This document shows, in pieces, positions 26,175 through 40,100 of a stretch of 64,000 nt of DNA. The translations under genes were made by a program, and so were the position numbers. The stretch spans positions 9,032,334 through 9,096,333 of the forward strand of contig CAVNZM010000005.1 of the NCBI GenBank assembly GCA_963693365.1. The letters are read 5' to 3'. Positions within the stretch are counted from its first letter, which is position 1, and each line of letters opens with the position of its first letter. The notes under the pieces are model-generated. The model was not told the DNA's origin. It searched no databases and was given only the letters and a program-made list of their open reading frames with translations. The DNA comes from Amoebidium appalachense (taxonomy: Eukaryota; Protista; Ichthyosporea).

Positions 26175-28059
26175 CGCGCGCGTGCGCGCACAGCAAGTGC
26201 AGTGGCACATGTGTGTATGTGTATGGTTGCATTGATAAAGGGATCATAAGAGCAGCAGCTTGGAGGGCTACGTAAGAATATTGTGCTTAGGCAACATGAT
26301 GCAACTTGATCACCACTTCTTGGCTATTGTCCCCCCTCCCCCCCCCCCCCCCCCCCCCAACCCACCACCATCACCACATACACACATAAACCCACGTGCA
26401 CACAAGCACTCCATCCCACCCGCTTCCGCAAAAGCTTATTGCTTGTCACATGTGACCAATCAAGACTGTTGACTTGCCTGCAGAACAACTGGCATTGGCC
26501 GGGAAACCATTGTTGACATTGTTCTCGGAAAAAGTGCCTGCAGCCGGATCAACACCACCATGCTGGTTGGTTCAGGCTGTGTGTGTGTGTGTGTGTTTGC
26601 GGGCGCGTGTGCGTGCGTGTGTGTGTGCGTGCATGTGTGATTGCGAGGTGGGGGGGGGGGGGGGGGGGGGCAGGTATCATTTCCCTGTCCCCACGACCCA
26701 TGCAAGTTAATGTGCTCAATACTATCATGCCAACAGTCCCCCCTCTCCCCCCCCCCCCCTCCCCTCCCCATCTCGGCTGCAGTCATACTACCATCCCCAA
26801 CACCCCCCTGCCCCCTCACTTCCTCACAAGAAAAAGAGAAACATCAACAACTCTGAGTCCCCCCCAGCATCCCCCCCCCCCCCCCCCCCCCCAACACACA
26901 CACACACACACACACACTATTACCAACACCACGCAAAACAACAGCCACCGCAACTATCACTGAACCCCCCCCCCCCCCCCCCCTCCCTCTCCTTTTTTCA
27001 GCTACCCTAAGAAATAAAAATTTTAATTAAAAAAAAAAAGAAAGAAAGAAAAAGGCCCCAGCAGCACCGGACCCCTCCTGCACCACACGCCAACCCTCCC
27101 CTCCCCCCCCCCCCCCCCCGGACCCCCGCCCCCCCTGCCTCTCCAAACCCCGGGTTCCTCAAGAGCCTACCCCCCTCTTCTGCCCCCATCTCACTCCCTC
27201 ACTCCCTCCCTCCCTGTGTGTGTGTGTCTGTCTCTCTCTCTCTCTCCCCTCCCTCCTCCCCCTCTCTGCATCCCTTTCACACCCACTCAACCTCCCTCTC
27301 TCCCTCCCTTCCACCCCCTCATTCCCCCCCCCCCCCACCCCCACCCCCACCCCCTCTCACCCCTCTCCAATTTATTCCCTTCTCCCCCCCCCCCCCCCCC
27401 CTCCCCTCCGGCATTTCCTCACATTACGGTAATAAAAGAATACCTCTTCAACCAGCCTTTGTCCCTCCGCAACCACCAACTACACCACTGACCGTTAGTC
27501 TAATCCGACCGGGTGCCAGGGGGTGGAGGGGACAGGGGGGGGGGGGGGGAGGAAGGGGGGAGGGGGGAGGGTGGTGGGAGACCAAAAAACTTAAATACCT
27601 GATTGAACAACTTGACAGTATGTTTGGCTGCAAAAAAAGTCCGCCGTTGCCACGGGTCTCATTCTGGTCTATGTACAAGAAGGGCAGACTGGATCTATTG
27701 GTATGTGTAGTCAGCAGGACTACGTTGGTGCCCAAGGGACCCGTTTACAAAACGCCACGGCGGTCCCATGCTAGACATGTTTCGTGATCACAAGCTTCTG
27801 TGGCCATTTATAAGTGTGCACACGTGTCCGCGCGTGGTTGCGTGTGTGCGGGTGTGTCACAGTATGCGTGCGTGCCCTCGAAGTGAAGCGCTAGCAGGAA
27901 CACAAACGGAAGTGACCAGCGAAACTAACGCCGGTGCCCTGACTTTCAGTCTAAAACAGTATAAGGGCACACGTGTATTCCCCCCCCCCCCCCCCCCCCC
28001 CCTCCCCCCGCAAAGTACGAGTATATTTACCTCCGTGCCCTTTACCCATAGAGCAGTTT

Positions 28060-28560
28060 GATTGGTTCCGCGAACATCAAAACACGAGCCCCTCGGCCCC
28101 GGCGGGGGACCCCGGGTATCCTCTCGGCCCATTTCGGCCGTCAACCCGCCTGGCTCGGGCCCCAAAAAAGTCCGTTGCGAGGTTCGCGGGTTCGCGGGAT
28201 CGCCGATTCCTTCATGGAGGATGTGAGGGTAACACCTGATAATAAGCCCAAATGACGGCCCGTGTGGCACCGCCGTCCAAGCATGCCGCACTGAGTAGGC
28301 CTATAACAAGTTAATTTTTACTTGAGTTTTTTCCATAGTGTCACTTGTATTTTTATTTTTATAGCGCTTCTGCAATGTCCAAAGCTTCATATGCAAGCCG
28401 AATCACGTTGAAACTGAAGTTTGTATCCGGTTGACGACGCTGGAATGTGTTTTCAAAAGCCTTGGAGTTGATCGATTAGTGCTTGGGCTTAAGCCCAATC
28501 AGATGCTTCCAGTCGGGCTTTAATATTGACCAATCGGCTTTTAGAAATGTATTCATTGGT
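28060..28560. promoter_or_regulatory. Putative promoter region with several CCAAT boxes
   Basis: Microsatellite-free, CpG-rich stretch with gattgg at 28060, ccaat at 28495 and 28530, and attgg at 28555, upstream of the large plus-strand gene. Confidence 0.4.
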
Positions 28561-28985
28561 CGGTTAAACCAGCAGCTGACAACAAAGGAATGCTGCAAAG
28601 TTACTCAGTCTCTGCCAGACATGTACAGTCCGCACTCCGCCGTCCGGACTTGAACGGTCACGTATACACAGTGCATTTATTTGTCTGGGCCCCATTTCCT
28701 TTTGAATCCTTGGATATTGATTTATATGGCTTTATTTGTTTTACCGTTTTTGGCTCTTTTTTATTCCTTTATCAGAGAGTTGCCGCCCTATGTAATTAGA
28801 ATTAGACTCCTGCACACATAAAAAGGGCATGTGCCAGACAATGATCACTGACACCCGAAGAACGCATGACCAACATGGCACCTGAACACATATCGTACAT
28901 TGGTCGGGACAACAAGGTTTACGGATTACCGGCCTATACAACTCCCTGCGGCTTCTATGGCATGCGTCTTGTATATCGCCACAAG

Positions 28986-29053
<68 letters not shown>

Positions 29054-29708
29054 CTGTCTCTCTCTCGCCCTCCCTCCCTCCCTCCCTCCCTCCCTCCCTC
29101 CCTCTCCCCCTCCCTCCCTCCCTTCCTCCCTTTCTCTCCTTCTCTCTCTCCCTCTCTCTCTCTCCCCCGCCCTCCCCTCCCCCCTCCCCCCACCACCATC
29201 CTCTCTCTCTCTCAATATTCAGCAAAAAGCAGAATGGTGCCTTCTCTCTAGATCTCTCACCTCCCCCCCCCCCCCCCCCCCCCCCTCCTCCTTCTCCTCC
29301 TCCTCCCCCCCCTCCCCCCCCCCCCCTGCAATTGATCAGAACCTTCCAGATTATTATGCACACAAACTTTCTTTTACACACGCACAAACACAGCACATAC
29401 ACACATACCTGCCCGCGCGCTTGCGTGCATACACGCACACATGCACACACACGGACACGCGAGTGCACACACACACACACGCACACACACGCACACATAC
29501 ACACACATCTCCTGCCGGCGTGGCTGGGGTAGTAGCCCTGGGCAAGGTGTGTACTTATAGTTAGGTTGTGAAGGATGGCTTAGCTGATCTCATAGATAGC
29601 ACCTTAACTAGTGTACTGTCGATGCTGTGTGGTAGACCGTAGTTTCCCTAAAGGGCCTGAAAAGGCCCTCCGGGAACAAACCGTGATAAAATAAAAAAAA
29701 TAAACACA

Positions 29709-29747
<39 letters not shown>

Positions 29748-29880
29748 CACACACACACAAATTTATCATGCCAAGCACACAGTGTCACGCATACACAACC
29801 TAGCACACTTACACACCATAATTATTATAAATACGCGCCCACAGGCATACACGCGCACGGACACGCACACACACGCACAC

Positions 29881-29989
<109 letters not shown>

Positions 29990-30279
29990 CCCTAGGGAGA
30001 GGGAGGGGGCGGGAGGAAGGGTCAGGAGGGAGAGAGACCTAGAGGGGGCGTCTCAGGGGCGGGAGGGGGGAGGGAAATGTGAGACAGAGAGAGAGAGAAA
30101 GGGGTAAAGGGAGAGAGAGTGTGTGTGTGTGTGTGTACACGTGCGTGTTGGGGGGAGGGAGGGAGGGAAGGGGGGAAGGTGGAAAAGAGAGACTCAAAAT
30201 GGATGTGCATGGACGGGAGAGGGGCAACTTTGATATGAGAGGCCCGGAGGAGGGGGGGGGGGGGGGAGGGGGGGGGGAG

Positions 30280-30334
<55 letters not shown>

Positions 30335-32779
30335 GGGGGAGGGGAGGGGCGCCGGGGGGGGAGAATCCGTGCACACTGCAGCACAGCAGCAACACAATTA
30401 ACCAATCCAATACATTTTGAAATGTAGAAAGCCAGCGTTTGAAGCAACCACTGCTCATTTGTTAAACCAAAATAAAACTGTTTGAACAGCGGGAACTTGG
30501 ATGCAGATGCCGTCCGTCATCAAGAACCCCGTCCCTTCCTCCTCAACAAATGTAGTCGCGGTGCATGTTCCGGAAAAAAAACCGTTTTGGGCAGCCGCTC
30601 ACATATTCTTTTTGCCATCGGACCCCATGTGCACGTGCACCGGGGGTGGCCGGTGTGTGTGTGTGTGTGGTGGTGGTGGTGGTGGTGGGGGGGGGTGTCT
30701 GGGGAAGCAGGGAGGGAGGTGGCTGGGGAGAGGTCTGAGTGAACCCGGGGGTGGGGGCGGGGGAGGGGGGAAGGGGGGGGGGGGGAGATTTTTCGAAATT
30801 TCGGCCATTTTGCCAGTAAGAACACCAAAAAAGGTGGAAATGTTTTTATGAAAAACGGCATCTGTATGTATTCGGCACCAGGTTGCACCATCCCTTTCTT
30901 TAAAATATGTTGGACACGTGCTTGCACATATCGCAATGACCAACAATTTACTGGATTAACACGTGGTTCGACTTGTCCATGAGAGGTTGTCGATTGGTAC
31001 CGGGTGGCCACTGGCCCAGCCCTCTGCTGATTTGTGATGGTGGAAGAAAAATGATTGAGATCACTTGATGAAAAGTTAAAGAGAAATAATAAAATAAATA
31101 AAAATAAAAAATTAAATTAAAAACAACCCCCCTTTTTCCCTCTCCCTTCCCTTTCACCCGGCGCCCTGAACAACCACTGTTGTTTTCTCGCTCACACACA
31201 CCAATCGATGTGCGCATAATATGAACTTTAAATGCTCACTTGCTTCATAGCATGGCCGGGGTTGTACGTTCTGTAATGCATGGCGTGTAAATATACATAT
31301 GCAAGTGCACACAGATTTTAAACCGAGGAAAAAAAAAAAGGCAGGGGTGGGGGGGGGGGGTGTGGGGGTGTTCGAAGACCTATTGTAGGTGCTACACACT
31401 GTTGTTCCCGGGTTGAGCTTTCTGACAATGCTATTGCAGAGAGAAGGGACATCTCTTCCGTTTGGTCTGGCATCGGCAGACATGGTTGTGTACATTCACG
31501 TGCACACCGTGCTGTTCCCCCACAACCAGTCTACGTGCCTTTGTGTCTTCTCGCCAGAGGCTGGAATAGAGCCTCGGAAGCAGCTACCAATCGGCTGCAT
31601 CACTTTTAGCTGTATTCCTTATTATTGCAGTTGCTCTGCACCTTAAGTATGCAGTTAGGAGCGATACAAAGAACGTGAACACTTTGCCAGCATGTATCTT
31701 AGGTGTACGGGGCACACTGTGTGCCGTAGACACTTTATTGGGCACTAGACATACACATGTAGCACTGTAGTATAACGTGAAGCTATATTATGATCACCCA
31801 GGAGAAGCTCATGTACTCATGTATATGTCATGTACTTTACTATAAGTAGGGCCACATGCCTATTGGCTGTCGCCTTACAAAAGTATGCGAGCAGTGCTCT
31901 CCGGACCGGCGGAAACCAAGGGACTATAAAAGGCTGGTACATTCCAGACTTGGGTCACTGGGCGGGGCTGTGTGTCCGAGTAAACGTTACACTAGTCGTG
32001 CGGTGTCAGACTAGCTGTAGCACCTGCTTTCTTGTCTCTATACTTACGTGCGTCTCCTAGCCTGCATATGTTAACTAGGGCATAGTATTAGTGTGTACAC
32101 ACCCTGGGTTTCACATCATTGGAGACGGTGTGTTCCCCCAAACCCTGCATCCCCAACACACACAACACACACATCACGTGCAGGCACATGCACACACGTT
32201 TTTTGCGCCACAAGTACATAGACTGAATGCCTATCATCCCCCCCCCTCACCCCTTCCTCCCCCTTCCTCTCCAGTCACCCTTCAATGGCAAAAACATATT
32301 CCTTCTTGACACACCTTCGCACGCTTGACAGCAATGTCTCCCCCCCCCCCCCCCCCCCCTCCAAAGCACCACCACCACCATAAACACACACACACACACA
32401 CACACACGAATTCGTTTCCCTGCCCTCATCTCCTCCCCCCGTGTTCATACCTTTTCCCCTGCTGGCAGCCCCCCCCCCCCCCCCCCCCCTCCCCCCGCGC
32501 CCCGCCCCTTCCTCATCCACCTCCACCTCCCTTGTTTTTTCTTCTTTTCTTCTCTCCATTCACCCCGGCATGCACACACATTTTCTTTGAATGACTCATA
32601 CACCCCTTTCAACGTATACTACCCCTCCCCCCCCCCCCCCCCCTCCCCTCCCCCCCCCTTTCCCCCCTATTATGAACTCTCCAAGTGTCCATTTCCTTCA
32701 TCAAAACGGCTGTCCCTGTGCTGTTCGTATACACGGGCATGTGAATGTACTTATGCATACAGACGTGGCGAAAGGGTGT

Positions 32780-32899
<120 letters not shown>

Positions 32900-33188
32900 C
32901 CCCGGGGGGGGGGGGGGGGGGGATAGATAGGTTTTTTTCCTTTTTTTTTTTTTTTTTTTTGGGGGGGGGGGGGGGGATCATGTAAGAGAGAAAGAGATAA
33001 GAGATAAGCGAGAGAAGGAGAGAAAGGGAATGCTTACTCTCGCGTTCACATGCATGCATACATGCACAAACACACAGAGGCACGAAGATGTGCACGCCTT
33101 ATTATCCAATCCGTTAACATGCGCACAAACACCCACAGAGTGAGATTGAGAATCACACAATCCCTCCATCTTGCTTTTCCCCTCCCCT

Positions 33189-33253
<65 letters not shown>

Positions 33254-33258
33254 ACACA

Positions 33259-33307
<49 letters not shown>

Positions 33308-33477
33308 CCCCTCCCCCGCGCCCCCCTACACACACACACACACAAAAACACACTCCCCCCCTCCCCCCACATACGTCTGTGCACACCTCTTTCTACGCCT
33401 GCAAGCACAAATCTTTTCCACATCATACACTGATGCATCTGGGATTTTTTCCTAATTCTTTTCCGTGTTCTTTCCAG

Positions 33478-36174
33478 TGCACAGACGGATTTCAAGACCT
33501 GCACCGTCAGCAAGAACTGGCTTTGGGTGTGTTGCAGCACACACAGGGCAATCTGGTTGTGCACGTGACCGACATCTTAGGCGCCTACATGTTTGAGTTG
33601 GCAGCTGGTAATACCTACGCCCAATTATTTGTTGAGAAGGAGGAGGAAGGGGAGGGGAGAGTACGGCAAGAGAAGGCTCTTGGGCACTATGGTTCCTATG
33701 GGGGCTGTGAGCAGATCACAACGTTGCAGCTGGGAGATGACCGGGCTGTGCGGGAGCATGCACTTGCTGTGGTGGCTGATATTTGCGCAAATGATAGCCG
33801 CTATCTGCCGGCAACAAATAGGTGCCTTACCGTTGCTATTCAGGTACGGTACCAATGTCTCTTCCCCCCCCCCCCCCCCCCCCCTCCCCCCCAACCACAC
33901 ACACACACGCACACACATACGCACACACATGCACTTGCACAAACACCAGAAGAAAACGTATTTGGGCTGTGTGTTCGTGATTGTACGAGCTTGACTTGTC
34001 CTGTCTTGTTGTGCATCGGATGTGCCACGTACTTATTTCCCCTCCATCTCCCCCCCCCCCCCCCCCCCCCCCTTCCCCCCTCCCTCTCTCTCTCCCTCCC
34101 TCACTCCCTCTCCACTCGCCCTACACACACACACACACACATACAGTCAATACAGTCACACACGGACACACACCCCTCCTCTCCATTCAACAGTATAGGA
34201 TGGAATTGAAGCACTTTTGGTCCGGAGGGGAGTGACGTGCCATGGTTGTGTTTAGACGTCATGTGAAACTGTCTGTGTGGCAGTCTTAGGAGGCCTCAAT
34301 GTTATGTAGGAGTGAAGCGCGCGAACCGGGGGAGGGGGGAGGAGGGGTGAGCCAGGGGGGTTTTTAGTGGGCTTTTGGGAGACGCTGGGGTGATTTGTTT
34401 CTCCGATGTACATGCCAGTGTGAGTGGGATTGTAAGTGCGCCTTTAGCCCCAGCCTAGACAACTTTCGATCGATTTGGTGGCCAACAGACAGCTGTTCTT
34501 TCTTTGATTCGCTTTTTATGCGGCACATTCTTGGTCTTGAAGGAAAGACTGAGTGTGCCTGTTGGAATGTCTATCATCTACAGAGGGGTTTTTTAGGCCG
34601 ATTTCTAGGCTCTTTCGGGTTAGGGAAAAATGCTGTCTGGTGTGCATCTAGCCAATCGCAAAGCGGAACTTGTTTCCAGGTCTGACCCGACCCGGAGTCC
34701 CAAGAAAACTTCCTTTAATATTGCTAAAGGCCAATTTAGCCCTGGCCTGTTCTTTTCTTTCCTTCTCTCTTTCCGTTGTCCTTGCACATCTCCCTACCGT
34801 CTGGTGCTCTGTGGGCTCACACCTACGTTGTGCTTTCACAGCCGAAAACCAAGGAGGATGATCTTGATATTCAATCGGACCTAGACTTTGGTAAGCAGGT
34901 CCCCCCCCCCCCCCCCCCCCCCTGGGCGCCTGCCCGCCCTTCTTCCTCCTTCCCCCCTCCTCACCCTATCCATCCCCCTTCCCCCCTCCCCCTTCCACCA
35001 CCACAAAACCACCGCGACTATCACCAACATAAGTATTAGAAAAAAAAGAAAAAAATGATAAAGGAAAAAAGAAAAGAAAAGTAGGAAAAAACGACCACCA
35101 CCACCACTATTCCCCCCCCCCCCCCCCCCCCCCCCCCTCCCCCGCGCCGGGAAAAAGAGAAAAAAACAAAGACAGAAAGAAGAAAAAGAAAAGAAAGAAA
35201 GAAAGAAAGATGAAAGAGTGGTTCAAAAAGAGACAACCACCATTAGACGAAATGGCCTCACCACGGTGGTTCTCTGCGGCGGGCGTGAAGGGCTACATTG
35301 GGGCTATAATGAAAAAAATTTGCACGCATGTTCTCCCCCCCCCCCCCCCCCCCCCCCCCCCCCGCGCTTTTGTTTTTTCTTTCCCACTTTGCCTGGGATC
35401 GAGTATGGGTCGTCTTCTTCTTTTTCTTCTTCTTCTTCTCTTCTCTTTTTCGAGTCTGGCTGTTTTTTTTTTTTTTTTTTTTTTTTTTTTTGGATGCATC
35501 ATCTGCGTGGCTTGTCGTTAAGATATTAATGGGATGTCCCCTCCAAACCATGATACTCGTATCCATCTGATTGGTTGCTTATCACACAGCTGAATCCGAA
35601 CGTGATGGGATATCAGCGGCTTTATCTGGTGCCTTCGGATGTAAGTGTGAACCTCCCCCGTTTCCTGGTTGTTAACGTGTTCTTCTTTTGTGTGTGTGCT
35701 TGTGCTCCTTACATCCCCGTCATCGTCTTCCCCCCCTACCCCCCTCCCCCCCCCCCCCCCCCCCCCCCCCCACCATTACATCTATAACATGCACACACAA
35801 ACTCGCCCGTGCGCGTGGGCGCACACACACACACACACGCTCGTGCATGCACGCATCAAGATATTGCAATTACTTTTTGGTTACGACGTGCACATTGTGA
35901 CGGACAATACAATGCAGAGTGAAAAGCACACTTAAGGGGGCGGGGGGAGGGAGGGAGGGGGGGGGGGGGGGGGGGGGGTTATGCTATACCGTGGATGATT
36001 TACTAGATTCCAATCGATCATGTTCTCAAGTACCGATAGCCCCAACCTTACATGCACACACGCTTGCCCGAACACCCGTCCACTCGTTGACACACATGCA
36101 CACGTGGTGATTAACTGTATTTACCCCTCCTCCCCCTCCCCCCTTCCCCGCTTCCACCACAGCCCACTGCCTAA

Positions 36175-36234
<60 letters not shown>

Positions 36235-36727
36235 CCGTGAATCTTGTATGCAACCCAGTCGAACACAAGCAGTTTTCTCCTTTAGACGCATACGACGTTG
36301 AGCTTCAGCGTGTGCAGTCGTGCTGGCTGGGTGGGCATGGGGTAGGGAGTATCCTGCAGCAAGACGCCGCCAGTCTGTGTGCTGGCTGCCACGGCCTTAT
36401 CCCCGACTCTACGGGCGTACATGCCATCTGCCCCGCCTGCCTGCTACAACTATGCACGTGCTTACATGACGACAAACCTACGGCCTCCACCGAGTCTATG
36501 CTGCTTGCGGGGAGAGCATCGATAGTAGCTAAAAACATCAAACGCCTGGTGAGTGTCCCTGCAACATCATCAGAAAAACAAGGGGGGGGGGGGGGGGGGG
36601 GGGGGGGGAGGGGGGGGGAGTAGTAGAAGCAGGGGAATGTGTGTGTGTGTGTTTTTGGGTGAGGGGGGGTGGATGTGTGGGTGGGTGGGTGGGTGGTGGT
36701 AGTTTTTTTTTTTTCTTTTCTTTCTTT

Positions 36728-36758
<31 letters not shown>

Positions 36759-37109
36759 GGGGGAGGGGGGGGGGGGGGGGGGGGGGGGCACATGAGTTTA
36801 CCTTGGGTGTCTCCGAATGTGCCATTCACGTCAACCTGTAGGATCTCATTTTTTAAATAGGGATATCACTCAGATTTCAGATTCTGCTATGCTTTACCTT
36901 AGGGTATCCAAGGGTATATTTTCGTTGATTTCCATCAAACACAACCACGAGACACAACTGTTGTGCGCCGAAAGAATCGATGTGCTTATTCTGTGGACCC
37001 AAATAAGTGCACATAAAATGTAGTGCATTCGATATAATTATTTAGCAACAAGTCGAATGCAAAACAGATCTGCCTGCACATATACAGACCAACGACCCTT
37101 CCAAACACA

Positions 37110-37189
<80 letters not shown>

Positions 37190-40100
37190 CACAGACACAC
37201 ACACAGGCCGCAGCATGTCCGTCAGAGCCCATTATAATCAACTTCACTGGCTACGTCTGTAACCAAAAATCCATGGACGAGATATTACATATCGTATCCA
37301 AAGCGGTGGGGTGGCCGAACAGTGTGTTGGTGGGCGAAGGGTGGAAGCATAATTTTGGGGATATGCTATGCCACCCCATCCTCTCCCAGGACACATCCAT
37401 GTACATCCAAACACCAATAACAGGAAAGGCGGAACCAGGGCTCTACGACAAGTTTCTTCATCCATTGGTACCCGGATCTTTCTGGACAAACGACTTCACG
37501 GAGTTGTTGGGCCCGGGACTCCCAATGGTTTATGTATCCGCCAAAATTCCCCGTCACCCATCCACTTGGCTACTGCAGCTTGCAAAGCGTAAGAGCAGGA
37601 AGAGCAGCAGGGAGCAAGCCAGGTTAAACATGTGGGCCTCTCGTCCCATTGATGAAAGCAAAAGAACCATGGAGTTCAGCACCTACAAGGTATGACAATC
37701 CCACTTTTCTTACCATCGTACAACTCTGATCACCACAATGATTTTCTTCCTACGCACTGTGCCCCTCTCCTGTCTTCCCCCCTCCCCCAAAACCCCCTAA
37801 TCCCCCCCCCCCTCCCCCCCCCCCCTCCCTCCCCCCCCCCCCCCCCCCCCCCCCGCCGCCAGCCCACCCAATCCCATTCTCCTTTATTTGTGTGTTTAGC
37901 ACAAACCGGGGATGGGTGGGCCTTACGCGTACACCGGTGAAGCATGGGTATGTATTTGCAGAGTGTGACTCAAGATGGGTGGCTGTAGGGTGTGTCTTGT
38001 TGACTTTCGGAACCCCCCTTGATGATAGGGCCCGTTGAACTGCCTGCATATTTTGTTCATGTCTCTGGCCACGGTGTCATGGGTTTGCCGGGCGTTGTGT
38101 TAACCTATGTTTTTTTTTTCGCCCAAAGACTCGTTCATAGACTCGTGCACAGAGAGAGCTAACCCCCCCCCCCTCCCCCCCCTCCCCCCCCCCCCCCCCC
38201 CCCCCCCCCCCCATTCCCCAAATTTCAGGTTGGCCCCATTGGTGTGCTTCGGCTGTGTGCCCAGCCCAGTGTGCCGGAGTTCACCGGGCAGCTGCTGCAG
38301 CGGCTGGAGCTGGGGTGCGGTGTGGCCGAGGTGCCCTTCGTTGGGTTCCGGCCCAGCAGGGTGCTCACCTCCGTGCACGACGCATTGCTGCTCGCTGCTG
38401 GCGGCTACGTAGTGACGGCACGGGCACCTGCCCAGGAGATGAGGTGGAGCTACCGTGATCGGCCCGGGCAAAGTCATACGGCAACACTTGATTTATTGTC
38501 AACTATTGTTGGCCGCACGGATGCCTGGCAGGATGCGCTTCTCGTGCGCATGGACACCTACACATTCCACCTGCTTACCTGCACAGGCACGAGACCATTC
38601 CGTACATTGGTGACTTCACCAATGTATATTCGCCTCAACAAATCACCACCGGCCAAGCACGTGCCCGATGTTCTCTACAAGGTCACCCGGACAGAGCAGC
38701 TGCAAAATATCCCCGAAGGCAGCGTCCTCAGCTGCTCCGTGGGCCTGGCTTCCAGCCTTGATGAGCGCCGCCTTGGGTTTCCGCTGTTCTACGGGCTGCT
38801 GCTGCACGATGTGCTCTCATGGGGGGACACGTGCACACTCTCCCGGCCACCGACCGCACCAAGGTGCTGATGCGCCTGGCTGCTGACGGCAACATTCCGG
38901 TGTGGGGCAGCGGCTCAACCGCCACATGGGTCACCCCCAAAGAGCCTACCCTTCCAACCAACCAACCCCCAGCCATGCGTGTGGCCATTGTTTCCCCCCA
39001 ACCCGTCACCCCTGCAACCATCGCATCCCTGTTCAGGGGGGGTGGCTGGGACCAAGTGGACCTGAGGTTCCAGCCCGATGGGCCATATCCATTTGGGGCC
39101 GCACCGGGGGGTTTCTACGTCACGTGCTTCCGCGGCGGCTTTTACACATCCGGCACATCCGGGGCACCAGAAATCAGGTGTGAGGGGTGTGGTACCAACG
39201 CCAGATTCACGCACAGTGGGTGCCTTGGTATGGGCTACGTTTGCGTCATGTGTGGGGAGATTTCGAATTGGCCGCCGAGAGCCGGAATCCTTCGACAATG
39301 CCGTGGCCCTTCGTAACCCCCAAAAAGTGGTACACTCGAGCGAGTACCTGAGATTGAACGCCGGGGATTATCCGATACATATGCCCAAAACCAAGCTGCA
39401 CTCGAGCGATGACCTGAGTTTGCTGCTCTTAGTCATGGCCCAAGGCACCACCTTTGGCCCCCCTTCGCCCCCAACCCCCCCCACGCTGCCCCCCGGCCCG
39501 TCCCTCCTGGCCGACCTGCAGGCCGCATGTGCAGACGGCCTCCTGCAGCAACGCACCGACGAGGACACTTATTTTTGATTGGATGGCGCCTAGCAACGCC
39601 AATGGCACCATCCCCCCCCTTGTGGCCGCATGCACGCGCATTGTGTGGGACCTGTCCACGGCCACCGTTGCTGCCCGGGCCCCCGTGGGCCTGCCCTTCT
39701 CGGCCCCCATGGCCCCGCTGCTGGGCACTGCGCCGGTGCGCTGCCAGCCGGCCAGTGTGGGGGCGCTGCTGCTTGTGTTCACACACGGTGACGTCATGGC
39801 TGTCATTGCTGCCAATGCCTACGACCTGCCCCTGGCCAAGCCGGCCAAAACATTCCTTCGTAAGGAAGGCCTGGAGGGTCGCCTGCTGCCCGGCAGGACG
39901 TATGCCATTGAGGTGGTGCCGAAGGACAGCAACTGCGAGGGCCTTGTGGCCAATCACCCGCCGGTATTTTTGCGTGGGTGGGGGCTCTTGCAGGCGGCCG
40001 TGGGGCCGGACGGGGCCGAGGAAGTGGGCACTGGCCTGCAGCAGATGGCCCGGCAGCTGGGGCTGTGGGTGCATGCAGAGAAGTGGGCCCCCCCTCAGGT

